This document shows positions 1 to 9,694 of a stretch of 64,000 bases of DNA, piece after piece; position 1 is the stretch's first letter, and each line of letters opens with the position of its first letter. The notes under the pieces are model-generated. The model did no database searches. It was given only the letters and a program-made list of their open reading frames with translations, and was not told the origin of the DNA. Source of the stretch: Candidatus Omnitrophota bacterium (lineage in GTDB: Bacteria; Omnitrophota; Gorgyraeia; JAFGHF01); contig JAZDHS010000024.1 in assembly GCA_043805735.1 (NCBI GenBank), positions 2,792 to 66,791 on the forward strand. Reading direction: 5' to 3'. A program made the translations under genes and the position numbers.

Positions 1-1
1 C

Positions 2-211
2 GGCAAAGCCGGAAAAAGCCGCTGGCTGGGAATTCGTCCCTCGGTAAGGGGAGTGGCAATGAACCCGGTAGACCATCCTCATGGCGGCGGCGAAGGCAAA
101 TCCTCCGGTGGACGCCATCCCGTAAGCCCTTGGGGTAAATCAGCAAAAGGCGCAAAAACCAGAAAACGCAAGAAACATTCCAGTAAATATATTCTTAAGA
201 GGAGGGAGTAA
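2..211 (+). CDS. rplB: 50S ribosomal protein L2, C-terminal fragment (gene starts upstream of window)
   Basis: In-frame translation ...[69 protein letters not shown]; canonical L2 C-terminus; followed by rpsS. Confidence 0.9.
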   Translation, partial: GKAGKSRWLGIRPSVRGVAMNPVDHPHGGGEGKSSGGRHPVSPWGKSAKGAKTRKRKKHSSKYILKRRE

Positions 212-217
212 AGCCAG

Positions 218-505
218 ATGAGCCGCTCGTTAAAAAAAGGACCATTTGTTGACGAAAAGCTGTTGAAAAAAATCGAAAAAGGGATGCGCTTGGGCGGCGA
301 AAGAAGGCCAATTAAGACCTGGTCCCGGCGTTCAACCGTTACTCCCGACTTCGTTGGTTTTACATTTTTAGTGCATAACGGCAACAAATTTATGCCGGTA
401 TTTATTACGGAAAATATGGTTGGCCATAAACTGGGCGAGTTTTCCCCAACGCGGTTTTTCCGTAAGCACGGCGGTGTTAGTAAAACATCAATGGATAAAA
501 CTTAA
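218..505 (+). CDS. rpsS: 30S ribosomal protein S19
   Basis: 95 aa [12 protein letters not shown]...; conserved S19 N-terminus; position after rplB. Confidence 0.95.
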   Translation: MSRSLKKGPFVDEKLLKKIEKGMRLGGERRPIKTWSRRSTVTPDFVGFTFLVHNGNKFMPVFITENMVGHKLGEFSPTRFFRKHGGVSKTSMDKT

Positions 506-526
506 CCCCTTTATAGCAGGTAGGAA

Positions 527-949
527 TTGATTCCCATGATAAAAGTAAAAAGAGAAATAGTAGCAAGGGCCCATGAACGGTATTTGCGCATTTCCCCGCG
601 CAAGGTGCGTTACGTCATCGACTTGATCCGGGGCGAGGCAGTACCCAAGGCAATGGCGATGTTAGGTGTAGTCAATCGAGGCGCTGCCAAGCCGGTACAA
701 AAGGCGTTAAAATCAGTTTTAAGTAACGCCCTGCGTAATCCGACGGTAAAAAGCGATGAACTGATTATCAGTACAATCATGGCTGACTCCGGGCCAATGC
801 TCAAGCGCTTCCGCGCGGCCGCGATGGGCCGGGCAACGTCGATTCGTCATCGCACTACCCATCTCTTCATCGAGCTTTCCCGAATAATTAAAAAAGAGGC
901 AAAACCCGAAACTCAAAAGAAAACGGCAAAAACAAAAACGAGGAAATAG
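527..949 (+). CDS. rplV: 50S ribosomal protein L22 (with short K/T-rich C-terminal tail)
   Basis: 140 aa; synteny S19-L22-S3; L22-like core. Confidence 0.9.
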   Translation: MIPMIKVKREIVARAHERYLRISPRKVRYVIDLIRGEAVPKAMAMLGVVNRGAAKPVQKALKSVLSNALRNPTVKSDELIISTIMADSGPMLKRFRAAAMGRATSIRHRTTHLFIELSRIIKKEAKPETQKKTAKTKTRK

Positions 950-951
950 AC

Positions 952-1680
952 GTGGGACAAAAAGCGCATCCGTACGGACTAAGATTAGGCTACATTAAAC
1001 CCTGGAAGTCTTCTTGGTTTGCCAAGAAGAAAGAATTTCCGCTCTTACTTAACGAAGACTATAAAATTCGCACTTTAATTAAGAAAAATTTTAGCAATGC
1101 CGGCATTGCGACTATCGTTATTGAACGCGCTTCCGGCCGGGCGCGCATTATCTTACATACCTCCCGCCCGGGTGTAGTGATTGGCCGCCGCGGCGCGGAT
1201 ATTGATCGCCTGCGCGATGAGCTGCAAAGCCTGACCGGGAAAAATATCTTTATTGATATCAAAGAGATTAAATCCCCGGAAACCGAGGCCCAACTGGTCG
1301 CGGAAAATGTCGCCTTCCAGCTGGAAAAACGTGTAGCCTTCAGAAGAGCGATGAAAAAGGCCCTGCAACTGGCTACGGATAACGGCGCCGGCGGGATCAA
1401 GATCAGATGTGCGGGGCGATTAGGCGGAGCAGAAATGTCCAGGACCGAAACCTACCGCACGGGAAAGATTCCTCTACAGACCTTCCGCGCGGATATTGAC
1501 TACGGTTTCGCCGAGGCCCGTACTACCTATGGCGCTATTGGCGTCAAGGTCTGGATTTATAAAGGCTATGTCGGCATCATCAAGAAAGAAAAAGCAGCAC
1601 CAACCGAAGAAACGCAACAATCACTGCAAACACAAGGAATAAAAGATGGTACTAATGCCCAAGAGGGTCAAGTATCGTAA
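952..1680 (+). CDS. rpsC: 30S ribosomal protein S3 (GTG start, C-terminal Q/E-rich extension)
   Basis: [24 protein letters not shown]... KH domain motifs; synteny. Confidence 0.95.
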   Translation: MGQKAHPYGLRLGYIKPWKSSWFAKKKEFPLLLNEDYKIRTLIKKNFSNAGIATIVIERASGRARIILHTSRPGVVIGRRGADIDRLRDELQSLTGKNIFIDIKEIKSPETEAQLVAENVAFQLEKRVAFRRAMKKALQLATDNGAGGIKIRCAGRLGGAEMSRTETYRTGKIPLQTFRADIDYGFAEARTTYGAIGVKVWIYKGYVGIIKKEKAAPTEETQQSLQTQGIKDGTNAQEGQVS

Positions 1681-2065
1681 AAGCCAAAGAGGCAAACGCC
1701 GCGGCATCAGCTTTAAAGGCTCGACAATCTCTTTCGGGGAATACGGACTGCAGGCACTGGAAAATGCCTGGCTGACCAACATTCAAATTGAAGCCGCTCG
1801 AGTGGCTATTACCAGACATTTAGCTGAAGCCGGGAAAATGTATATCCGCGTTTACCCGGATAAATCGGTAACCAAGAAACCCGCAGAAACCAGAATGGGT
1901 AAAGGTAAGGGCATGCCCGAGCAATGGGTAGCTGTAGTCAAGCGCGGAAAAATATTGTTTGAGCTCGAAGGTGTCCATGAAGACTTAGCGCGCGAGGCCT
2001 TCCGCCTGGGGACCCATAAACTGCCGTTTCGCACTAAATTTATCACCCGGAGGAAGTACGCATGA
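1646..2065 (+). CDS. rplP: 50S ribosomal protein L16
   Basis: [16 protein letters not shown]...; classic L16 N-terminus; overlaps rpsC 3' end (start could be ATG 1655). Confidence 0.93.
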   Translation: MVLMPKRVKYRKSQRGKRRGISFKGSTISFGEYGLQALENAWLTNIQIEAARVAITRHLAEAGKMYIRVYPDKSVTKKPAETRMGKGKGMPEQWVAVVKRGKILFELEGVHEDLAREAFRLGTHKLPFRTKFITRRKYA

Positions 2066-2274
2066 AGGCAAAGGAAGTCAGGGAGCTGCCCAAAGAAGAG
2101 CTCGAACAAAAAATACTTACGCTTAAAGAAGAACTGTTTCATTTACGTTATCAGTCCAAAACCGGCAGGCTGGAAAAACCGAGCAGAATTCGCGCGGTAA
2201 AAAGGGATATTGCCAGAATAAACACTATTATTAGGGAAAGCAAAAATGCAAACACGCAAAATACGAAAAACTAG
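2062..2274 (+). CDS. rpmC: 50S ribosomal protein L29
   Basis: 70 aa, [29 protein letters not shown]; ATGA overlap with rplP. Confidence 0.9.
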   Translation: MKAKEVRELPKEELEQKILTLKEELFHLRYQSKTGRLEKPSRIRAVKRDIARINTIIRESKNANTQNTKN

Positions 2275-2494
2275 AATCGGTATTGTAGTGAGTAACAAGA
2301 TGCAAAAAACCATAGTGGTTAGAGTGGACCGCCTGGCTAAACACCCCCGCTATGGCCGGGTCATGGCTCAGGCCAGTAAGTTTAAAGTACACGATGAGCA
2401 AAATCAGGCTAAGGTAGGCAATAAAGTCCTGATCTGCGAAACAAGACCTCTTTCTAAAGATAAGAGGTGGCGACTGGTGGAGATCTTAAAATGA
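2246..2494 (+). CDS. rpsQ: 30S ribosomal protein S17
   Basis: [24 protein letters not shown]... S17 signature; synteny. Confidence 0.9.
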   Translation: MQTRKIRKTRIGIVVSNKMQKTIVVRVDRLAKHPRYGRVMAQASKFKVHDEQNQAKVGNKVLICETRPLSKDKRWRLVEILK

Positions 2495-2859
2495 TACAGA
2501 TGCGCACAATATTGGAAGTAGCCGATAACACCGGGGCAAAACGCGCCTCCTGCATTGGCGTGATTGGCCGGTCGGGAAAACTTTACGCCGACATCGGCGA
2601 CATCATCAGCTGCAATATCAAGGAGTCTACGCCTGAGGCCACGGTTAAAAAAGGCGAGGTGGCCCACGCGGTAATTGTGCGCACCACCGTGCCGATTCGC
2701 CGCCCGGACGGTTCATTCCTGCGCTTTGACCATAATGCCTGCGTGATTATCGATGACCAGCAGGAACCTAAAGGCACGCGTATTTTCGGCCCCGTGGCCA
2801 GAGAATTGCGCGACCGCAATTTTATGAAAATTATTTCTTTAGCGCCCGAGGTTATCTAA
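2491..2859 (+). CDS. rplN: 50S ribosomal protein L14
   Basis: [18 protein letters not shown]...; ATGA overlap with rpsQ stop; ORF-track start 2467 is an upstream in-frame extension. Confidence 0.95.
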   Translation: MIQMRTILEVADNTGAKRASCIGVIGRSGKLYADIGDIISCNIKESTPEATVKKGEVAHAVIVRTTVPIRRPDGSFLRFDHNACVIIDDQQEPKGTRIFGPVARELRDRNFMKIISLAPEVI

Positions 2860-2860
2860 C

Positions 2861-3175
2861 ATGTTTAAAATTAGAAAGAATGATATCGTAATGTGTATGG
2901 CCGGTAAAGACCGGGGTAAGAAAGGTAAAGTATTAGGAGTATTGACCGATCGCAATAAGGCCGTAGTCGAGGGGATTAATTTCATCAAAAAACATGCTCG
3001 CAAAACCCGCGAAGACCAGCAAGGCGGCATTGTCCAGCGCGAGGCCCCGGTCGGCCTATCAAAACTCATGCTTATCTGCTCGAAGTGCAATAAGCCCGTT
3101 CGGGCGGGTTTTAGTTTACTCAAAGACGGTTCAAAAGTACGAATCTGCAGAAAATGCAAAGAGGTTATCGGCTAA
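2861..3175 (+). CDS. rplX: 50S ribosomal protein L24
   Basis: MFKIRKNDIVMCMAGKDRGKKGKVL... KOW motif; synteny. Confidence 0.9.
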   Translation: MFKIRKNDIVMCMAGKDRGKKGKVLGVLTDRNKAVVEGINFIKKHARKTREDQQGGIVQREAPVGLSKLMLICSKCNKPVRAGFSLLKDGSKVRICRKCKEVIG

Positions 3176-3720
3176 TGGTACCCAGGTTACTGGAAAAATA
3201 CAGGAAAGAAATAGTGCCGGATATACAGCAGCGCTTCGCGCTGAAGAATAAATTACAGGTTCCCCACTTGGAAAAGATTGTAGTTAATATGGGGGTGGGA
3301 TTGGCCGCTCATGAAAGTAAGCTTCTGGAGCAGGCTAGCGCTGAGTTAGCTTTAATTACCGGGCAAAAACCGCTGATTACTAAAGCCCATAAGGCAATTT
3401 CGAATTTTAAAATCAGGATCGGCTCAACCGTCGGCTGTAAAGTTACTCTGCACGGCGCAAAAATGTATGAATTTTTTGACCGCCTGGTTAATATTGCCTT
3501 ACCGCGTATTAAGGACTTCCGCGGCTTCGCGAGCAATGCCTTTGATAAAGACGGCAACTATTCCCTGGGCCTGCGCGAGCAGACCATGTTCCCGGAAATC
3601 GACATCGACAAAGTGCAAAAAATTCAGGGGATGGATGTTACTTTTGTGATTAGTGGCAAAAACAAGAAATTGTCGCTGGAACTTTTACGCGCCTTTAATT
3701 TTCCCTTCAAACAGGAATAA
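3175..3720 (+). CDS. rplE: 50S ribosomal protein L5
   Basis: MVPRLLEKYRKEIVP...IVVNMGVG; TAATG overlap with rplX stop; ORF-track start 3154 is an upstream extension. Confidence 0.93.
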   Translation: MVPRLLEKYRKEIVPDIQQRFALKNKLQVPHLEKIVVNMGVGLAAHESKLLEQASAELALITGQKPLITKAHKAISNFKIRIGSTVGCKVTLHGAKMYEFFDRLVNIALPRIKDFRGFASNAFDKDGNYSLGLREQTMFPEIDIDKVQKIQGMDVTFVISGKNKKLSLELLRAFNFPFKQE

Positions 3721-3739
3721 GTGAAAAGGTCTTCTTAAC

Positions 3740-3925
3740 ATGGCAAAAAAATCACTGATCGCAAAAGCATTACGCACACCAAAGTTTAAAGTACGTAAAT
3801 ACACCCGCTGCAAAGTCTGCGGCCGCCGCCGTGGCTATATGCGCCGTTTCGGAGTATGCAGGATCTGCTTCCGCGAAATGGCCTTACGCGGCGACATCCC
3901 CGGCGTGACTAAGGCAAGCTGGTAA
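3740..3925 (+). CDS. rpsZ: 30S ribosomal protein S14 type Z (zinc-binding, Cys4)
   Basis: 61 aa; [20 protein letters not shown]; short zinc-ribbon S14 form. Confidence 0.9.
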   Translation: MAKKSLIAKALRTPKFKVRKYTRCKVCGRRRGYMRRFGVCRICFREMALRGDIPGVTKASW

Positions 3926-3934
3926 ATGAAGCCC

Positions 3935-4050
3935 AGACTTACGGAGCCGCCGCAAAGCGGCAGGCGAACGTAAGTCTGAGGCTGAATTTATCCCGCCGAG
4001 TGTGCCAAAATTGTCGAAGATAATTTTGGCACATCATACGAGGCGGGATA
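3935..4050 (+). promoter_or_regulatory. Structured RNA spacer: 10-bp hairpin (3935-3978) plus nested 62-nt hairpin (3989-4050) immediately upstream of rpsH SD
   Basis: Perfect inverted repeats CAGACTTACG/CGTAAGTCTG and TATCCCGCC...GTGCCAAAATT/AATTTTGGCAC...GGCGGGATA seen directly; no ORF. Confidence 0.5.
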
Positions 4051-4066
4051 CACAAGGAGTGAAGCA

Positions 4067-4462
4067 ATGAACGTCGATCCTTTGGCAGATATGTTTACGG
4101 TTATCCGCAACGCCAGCCGGGCAAAAAAGGAAAAGGCTGAAATTCCATCTTCAAAATTAAAGCTGGGAATTTTAGAACTGTTGAAAAAAGAAGGCTACAT
4201 CAAAAATTACAAGTTTATAAGTGACAACAAACAGGGAGTGGTGCGGGTGTATTTGAAATACAAAAAAGATAACGCCCCAGTGATCACACAGATTAAACGC
4301 ATTTCCACACCCGGCCGGCGGGTCTATGTACCCAAGGACAAGGTCCCTAAGGTACTGCGCGGATGGGGTATGGCAATAGTGTCCACCTCCCAGGGAGTGC
4401 TTAGCGATGAACAAACGCGCGCACAAGGGTTGGGCGGAGAAGTACTTTGCCACGTATGGTAA
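4067..4462 (+). CDS. rpsH: 30S ribosomal protein S8
   Basis: 131 aa MNVDPLADMFTVIRNA...; SD AAGGAG 8 nt upstream. Confidence 0.95.
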   Translation: MNVDPLADMFTVIRNASRAKKEKAEIPSSKLKLGILELLKKEGYIKNYKFISDNKQGVVRVYLKYKKDNAPVITQIKRISTPGRRVYVPKDKVPKVLRGWGMAIVSTSQGVLSDEQTRAQGLGGEVLCHVW

Positions 4463-4574
4463 ATGATAAGTTGTACCCCTCGCATAACCGCTTCCCCCAT
4501 CATATTAGGGAGAGAGGGGATGCGCATGCTTCGGGGTTAATTCGCACAAACTAACGGAGAATAACTGAAGAAGA

Positions 4575-4628
4575 ACAATTTACGTATCGAGTGTAGGCAA
4601 GGACGTAAATTGTGTGCTCATTAAGGAG
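4575..4628 (+). promoter_or_regulatory. Leader hairpin (11-bp perfect stem ACAATTTACGT/ACGTAAATTGT) followed by GTGCTCATTAAGGAG, upstream of rplF
   Basis: Inverted repeat seen directly; same architecture and identical 15-mer found again at 61816-61868 upstream of hup. Confidence 0.5.
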
Positions 4629-4634
4629 CAAACA

Positions 4635-5171
4635 ATGTCGCGAGTAGGTAGAAAACCAATTCCGGTTCCCGAAAATACAAAAGTAGAAATTAAAGACGGC
4701 ACGATTAGTGTAACAGGGCCCAAGGGGCTCTTACAAAGAAAGTTCCACTACCGCATGGCGGTAGAGCTAAAAGACAATACGATTATCGTCAAACGGCCGA
4801 CGGATACGGCTCAAGACCGGGCTCTTCATGGCCTGACGCGCAATCTTATTGCCAATATGGTCATCGGGGTCAATGACGGTTTTAGCAAAGAATTGGAAAT
4901 CCAGGGTATGGGATTCCGCGCCGTAGCTACCGGCAAAACTCTAAATATGCAATTGGGTTTTACCCATCCGATCGACTTTGCGATCCCTGAGGACATTACC
5001 ATTGAGACACCAAAACCGACCCAGATATTCGTTAAGGGCACGGATAAGGAAAAGGTTGGTTTAATCGCGGCAAATATACGCTCTTTTTATCCTCCGGAGC
5101 CTTATAAGGGCCGGGGAATCAGATATAAAGATGAATATGTAAGACGTAAAGTCGGTAAGGCTGTGGCATAA
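4635..5171 (+). CDS. rplF: 50S ribosomal protein L6
   Basis: MSRVGRKPIPVPENTKVEIKDG...; AAGGAG SD at 4623; ORF-track start 4614 is an upstream extension. Confidence 0.9.
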   Translation: MSRVGRKPIPVPENTKVEIKDGTISVTGPKGLLQRKFHYRMAVELKDNTIIVKRPTDTAQDRALHGLTRNLIANMVIGVNDGFSKELEIQGMGFRAVATGKTLNMQLGFTHPIDFAIPEDITIETPKPTQIFVKGTDKEKVGLIAANIRSFYPPEPYKGRGIRYKDEYVRRKVGKAVA

Positions 5172-5209
5172 GACCCCAGCTTAAAGGAATGCTGGGTCTA
5201 TCCTGAAGG
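5171..5209. repeat. REP-like palindromic hairpin element, copy 1 (AGACCCCAGC-TTAAAGGAAT-GCTGGGTCT + ATCCTGAAGG)
   Basis: Exact reverse complement of the core at 51214-51242; begins at rplF stop codon. Confidence 0.7.
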
Positions 5210-5215
5210 ATAACC

Positions 5216-5575
5216 ATGAAAAACAAACACGAAAAAAGAATTAGAAGACACAACCGCATTCGTAAAAAGTTATTCGGAACACCGGCGAAACCCAGGCTCT
5301 GTGTTTACCGGGGGTTGGCCAACCTGCACGCGCAACTTATTGACGACGAAAACCAGAAGACCATCTTAAGCGTTTCAACGTCGACAAAGGATTTCCGGAA
5401 AAAGGGTATCTACGGAGGTAACGCCAAGGCGGCCGAATTACTGGGTGTAATGGTTGCCGAACAAGCCAAAAGTAAAGGTATTCAGGAAGTTATTTTTGAC
5501 CGTGCCGGCTTTGTCTATCACGGCCGAATTAAGGCCTTAGCCGAAGCGGCGCGCAAAAATGGTCTTAAGTTTTAG
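5216..5575 (+). CDS. rplR: 50S ribosomal protein L18
   Basis: 119 aa; L18 family; synteny L6-L18-S5. Confidence 0.93.
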   Translation: MKNKHEKRIRRHNRIRKKLFGTPAKPRLCVYRGLANLHAQLIDDENQKTILSVSTSTKDFRKKGIYGGNAKAAELLGVMVAEQAKSKGIQEVIFDRAGFVYHGRIKALAEAARKNGLKF

Positions 5576-5589
5576 AAAGGGGAACCGCA

Positions 5590-6135
5590 TTGGCGTATGA
5601 CAATAGAGGAACTCAAGCAAGAAAAGGCCAGGAACAGTCCGAATTGCTGGAAAAAGTAATTTCGGTTAACCGGACCGCAAAGGTAGTCAAGGGAGGCCGG
5701 CATTTCTCCTTTAGCGCCCTGGTGGTAGTCGGCAACGCCCAAGGTAAAATGGGCTATGGTCTTGGCAAAGCGCGGGAAGTTGCTGAGGCAATTCGTAAAG
5801 GGTTAAATGCGGCAAAGAAAGAAATGTTCACCATCCCCTTACACGGTAGTACGATCCCGCACGAAGTGGTGGGAAAATTTGGCGCCGCCCGGGTGCTGCT
5901 GAAACCGGCAAATAAAGGCACCGGTGTAATTGCCGGCGGCGCGGTAAGAGCTATTTGCGAAGTAGTCGGTATTCAAGATATTCTCACCAAAAGCCTGCGC
6001 TCGGATAACGCGGTAAACGTCACTCGTGCTTGTATTGAGGGCTTAAGCCGCTTTAAAACAGAAAGAACAGCTCCAGCTTCAGAGGAAGATATCGACAGTA
6101 AAGACGAAGAGGAAACTGCTGATGAGACTGCATAA
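5590..6135 (+). CDS. rpsE: 30S ribosomal protein S5 (TTG start; acidic C-terminal tail [17 protein letters not shown])
   Basis: [24 protein letters not shown]...; S5 dsRBD and C-terminal domain motifs. Confidence 0.93.
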   Translation: MAYDNRGTQARKGQEQSELLEKVISVNRTAKVVKGGRHFSFSALVVVGNAQGKMGYGLGKAREVAEAIRKGLNAAKKEMFTIPLHGSTIPHEVVGKFGAARVLLKPANKGTGVIAGGAVRAICEVVGIQDILTKSLRSDNAVNVTRACIEGLSRFKTERTAPASEEDIDSKDEEETADETA

Positions 6136-6571
6136 CATTGGCGCTCCGTGGGGGGCAAATAAAAGAAAAAAACGTGTAGGCAGAGGAATTGGCTGCCATG
6201 GTAAAACTTCCGGCCGCGGCCATAAGGGTCAAAAGGCACGTACGGGAAGAAAACTTAAGCCGGGTTTTGAAGGCGGACAAATGCCTTTATCGCGGCGCTT
6301 ACCCAAGGTAGGATTTACCAACCCCTTTAAAGTTCCCTACCAAATAATCAATGTGGAAAATTTAAATACCTTCAAAAAAGATTCCACGGTGACACTGCAA
6401 ATGCTCAAAGACGAGGGGCTGATCAAGAACACGCGATTCCCGGTGAAAATACTGGGTGACGGAAAGATCGCAAAATCTTTAAACGTCCAGGCCCACAAGG
6501 CCTCTAAACAAGCTCTAGAAAAAATCGAAAAAGCAGGCGGAAAAATCGAACTGCTTAACATAGACGCATAA
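6122..6571 (+). CDS. rplO: 50S ribosomal protein L15
   Basis: [24 protein letters not shown]...; overlaps rpsE 3' end directly, with no rpmD in between. Confidence 0.9.
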   Translation: MRLHNIGAPWGANKRKKRVGRGIGCHGKTSGRGHKGQKARTGRKLKPGFEGGQMPLSRRLPKVGFTNPFKVPYQIINVENLNTFKKDSTVTLQMLKDEGLIKNTRFPVKILGDGKIAKSLNVQAHKASKQALEKIEKAGGKIELLNIDA

Positions 6572-6573
6572 CT

Positions 6574-7905
6574 ATGCTGCAGGCATTTGGCAATATTTTT
6601 CGTATTCCCGATTTAAGAAAAAAGATGCTCTTTACCCTGGGCCTTTTTGCCGTATACCGTCTGGGCGCCTTTATTCCCACTCCGGGTATCGACAGTGCCC
6701 GCCTAGCCCAGTTTTTTGACAACATCGCCAAATCGCAAGGTGGAACGCTCTTTGGCATCATGAATATGTTCAGCGGCGGGGCGATGCAGCGGTTAACCGT
6801 ATTCGCCTTAGGGATTATGCCCTATATTTCCGCTTCGATTATCTTACAGTTGCTCACCACGGTGATTCCTTTTCTGGAAAAAATGAGCAAGGAAGGCGAG
6901 GCCGGGCGCAAAAAAATCATTCAATACACGCGTTATGGCACTATCGCCTTGGCGGTCATCCAGTCGTTTTTCATCAGTTTATGGTTGGAAAATCCGGCTC
7001 ATTTTCAGGGCGTGCAAATAGTGCAGTTTATGGGCTGGCCTTTTAGACTCTTAACCGTGCTGACACTTACCACCGGCACGGCATTTATTATGTGGCTAGG
7101 CGAACAAATTCAGGAATTCGGGATTGGTAACGGCATATCTTTGATTATTACGATTGGTATTGTTTCGCGCGTGCCTTCGGCTCTTTATCAATTAGGGTTT
7201 TATTTGCGTAAAGGCCAAATGCAGCCGTTTGTTTTACTGTTGTTGGCAGTATTAATGGTGGCCGTTGTCTTGTCGGTAATTATGATTACCCAGGGGCAGC
7301 GCCGGATTCCCGTGCAATACGCCCGCCGGATCATCGGCCGTAAGGTCTATGGCGGCCAAAGCACCTATATCCCCTTAAGAGTGAATCACGCCGGGGTAAT
7401 CCCGATCATCTTTGCGCAGTCAATAATCTTATTCCCGGCGACCTTAGCCGGCTTAATGCCCAGTTCGCTGTTACAAAATCTGGCTACTTCGCTTACGGAG
7501 GGGGGCCTGCTCTATTTAATTTTATACACGGCCCTGATCGTTTTCTTTACCTATTTTTATACCGCCGTAACCTTTAACCCTATTGATGTGGCCGAAAACA
7601 TGCGTAAATACGGCGGCTTTGTCCCGGGTATCCGGCCGGGTAAACCAACAGCGCAATACTTTGATTTTATTTTAACCCGGATAACACTGCCCGGTGCCGT
7701 ATTTTTAGCTTTTATTGCCGTGTCGCCGCAAATGATCAGCGCCTGGCTTAAGATTCCTTATTTAATCGCGAGCTTCTTCGGCGGTACGGGACTGTTGATT
7801 ATCGTCGGTGTGATGCTCGATACCATTCGCCAAATAGAATCACACCTTTTGATGCGGCATTACGAAGGATTTATGAAAAAGGGAAGAATAAGAGGCCGGC
7901 GCTAA
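6574..7905 (+). CDS. secY: Preprotein translocase subunit SecY
   Basis: 443 aa, 10 TM pattern, conserved SecY motifs; synteny. Confidence 0.95.
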   Translation: MLQAFGNIFRIPDLRKKMLFTLGLFAVYRLGAFIPTPGIDSARLAQFFDNIAKSQGGTLFGIMNMFSGGAMQRLTVFALGIMPYISASIILQLLTTVIPFLEKMSKEGEAGRKKIIQYTRYGTIALAVIQSFFISLWLENPAHFQGVQIVQFMGWPFRLLTVLTLTTGTAFIMWLGEQIQEFGIGNGISLIITIGIVSRVPSALYQLGFYLRKGQMQPFVLLLLAVLMVAVVLSVIMITQGQRRIPVQYARRIIGRKVYGGQSTYIPLRVNHAGVIPIIFAQSIILFPATLAGLMPSSLLQNLATSLTEGGLLYLILYTALIVFFTYFYTAVTFNPIDVAENMRKYGGFVPGIRPGKPTAQYFDFILTRITLPGAVFLAFIAVSPQMISAWLKIPYLIASFFGGTGLLIIVGVMLDTIRQIESHLLMRHYEGFMKKGRIRGRR

Positions 7906-7906
7906 A

Positions 7907-8578
7907 ATGCGGCTGATTCTTTTAGGACCGCCCGGAGCAGGAAAAGGCACTCAAGCCAAATTGCTCTTTGAAAAATTTAAGCTTCCCCATATTTCTACGG
8001 GTGATATCCTGCGCGATGAGATGCGCGAACAATCGCCCTTGGGGATAAAAGTAGCGGCCTACGTCAAAAGCGGCGAATTGGTTCCCGACGCCATAGTGGT
8101 CGAGGTGGTGGCCAAAAGGTTAATTAAAAGCGACGCCCGGACCGGCTTTATTTTGGACGGTTTTCCGCGTACGGTAAATCAGGCCGAGGCCTTAGCCCAG
8201 AGTTTAAAAAAACAGTGCGCACCGATTGATTTGGTGCTTTATTTCGCCACAATCCCGGCCACCTGTGTTAAACGTCTTTGCGAAAGGCGGATTTGCGAAA
8301 AATGCGGGGCAATTTTTCACCTGACCAATATGCCGCCCAAGATCCCAGGAATTTGCGACCATTGCGGCGCGGAACTCTACTTAAGAGATGACGACCGGCT
8401 CGAAACTGTGCAAAAACGCCTGGAGGTATACCAAAATCAAACCGCTAGCCTTATTGAGTATTACAAAAAACAGGGGATCTTGCGCGAGGTTAGCGGTGAC
8501 CTGGAAGCCAAAGAACTATTTGTGCGACTTTTGGAGCTGTTTGGGCAAGAAAAACTGATCACCCCTGTAACGAAATGA
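7907..8578 (+). CDS. adk: Adenylate kinase (zinc-lid type, CxxC...CxxC)
   Basis: MRLILLGPPGAGKGTQA...; lid CEKCGAIFH...CDHCGAEL. Confidence 0.95.
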   Translation: MRLILLGPPGAGKGTQAKLLFEKFKLPHISTGDILRDEMREQSPLGIKVAAYVKSGELVPDAIVVEVVAKRLIKSDARTGFILDGFPRTVNQAEALAQSLKKQCAPIDLVLYFATIPATCVKRLCERRICEKCGAIFHLTNMPPKIPGICDHCGAELYLRDDDRLETVQKRLEVYQNQTASLIEYYKKQGILREVSGDLEAKELFVRLLELFGQEKLITPVTK

Positions 8579-9324
8579 TCGCAATCAGGACCAAAGAAGA
8601 GATTGCCAATATACGACATGCCTGCCAAATAGCGGCAAAAATACTCCGGCAGCTGGGGGAATACTTACATCCGGGAATTTCCACAGCCGAGGTTGATCGT
8701 AAAGCCGCGGAACTGCTCCAGGGCTACGGAACAGAATCGGCCTTTAAGGGATACGGTGGGTTTCCCGCCAATATTTGCACCTCGATAAACGAAGAAGTGG
8801 TACACGGTATTCCGGGTAAACGCATCTTAGAAGACGGCGATATTATTGGTTTAGATGTGGGCACAAAGATTAATGGGTACTTCGGCGATGTTGCCTGCAC
8901 TATTGGTGTGGGTGAGATTTCTCAACAAGCCGAAAAGCTCTTACGGGTTACCGAAGAGTCTTTATATAAAGGTATAGCCCTGGCCCTCCCGGGAAATCAC
9001 CTTTTTGATATTTCTAACGCGATACAAAAATATGCGGAATCATTTAACTTCGCAGTAGTACGTAAGTTTGTCGGGCATGGAATCGGCAGCAAGCTCCACG
9101 AGGAGCCCGAGATTCCCAACTTTGGCAAGGCCGGCATAGGGCCAATTTTGAAGGCGGGTATGGTTCTGGCCATCGAGCCGATGGTTAACGAAGGAACCTT
9201 TGATATCGAGATTTTGCCCGACCAGTGGACCGCAGTCACTAAAGACCGGCGGCTTTCGGCCCACTTTGAACATACGATTTGTATTACTGAACAAGGACCG
9301 TTAATTCTTACGACTTGGGAGTAG
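8575..9324 (+). CDS. map: Methionine aminopeptidase type I
   Basis: 249 aa, metal ligand pattern D..D..H..E..E; synteny. Confidence 0.95.
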   Translation: MIAIRTKEEIANIRHACQIAAKILRQLGEYLHPGISTAEVDRKAAELLQGYGTESAFKGYGGFPANICTSINEEVVHGIPGKRILEDGDIIGLDVGTKINGYFGDVACTIGVGEISQQAEKLLRVTEESLYKGIALALPGNHLFDISNAIQKYAESFNFAVVRKFVGHGIGSKLHEEPEIPNFGKAGIGPILKAGMVLAIEPMVNEGTFDIEILPDQWTAVTKDRRLSAHFEHTICITEQGPLILTTWE

Positions 9325-9327
9325 ATA

Positions 9328-9546
9328 ATGGCTAAAGAAGAACCGCTGCAAGTGGAAGGTACGGTTACCGAGTCCCTGCCCAATGCCACGTTTCGCGTGG
9401 AATTAGAAAACGGGCATAAAATTTTAGCACATATTTCCGGTAAGATGAGAATGAATTTTATTAGGATCTTACCTGGAGATAAGGTAACTGTAGAAATGTC
9501 CCCTTATGATTTAAGTAAAGGGCGCATTACCTACCGTAGTAAATAA
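9328..9546 (+). CDS. infA: Translation initiation factor IF-1
   Basis: 72 aa [41 protein letters not shown]. Confidence 0.95.
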   Translation: MAKEEPLQVEGTVTESLPNATFRVELENGHKILAHISGKMRMNFIRILPGDKVTVEMSPYDLSKGRITYRSK

Positions 9547-9574
9547 TAGTTTATAGAAAAAGAGGATCAAGCTC

Positions 9575-9688
9575 ATGAAAGTACGCTCGTCCATAAAAAA
9601 GATTTGCGAAAAATGTAAAATTGTCAAGCGCGTGGGAATCTTACGCGTTATTTGCTCAAACCCCAAGCATAAACAAAGACAAGGATAA
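9575..9688 (+). CDS. rpmJ: 50S ribosomal protein L36 (not in ORF track; <60 aa)
   Basis: Manual translation [37 protein letters not shown]; AGAGGA SD; canonical position between infA and rpsM. Confidence 0.85.
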   Translation: MKVRSSIKKICEKCKIVKRVGILRVICSNPKHKQRQG

Positions 9689-9694
9689 CTACAT

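Noticed and set aside
2467-2490. Upstream in-frame extension of rplN (MATGGDLK...)
   Set aside because: L14 universally starts MIQ.... The ATG at 2491 forms an ATGA overlap with the rpsQ stop.
3926-3973. 15-codon ORF (MKPRLTEPPQSGRRT*) in the rpsZ-rpsH spacer
   Set aside because: It has no SD and lies within a perfect hairpin. Structured RNA is the better explanation.
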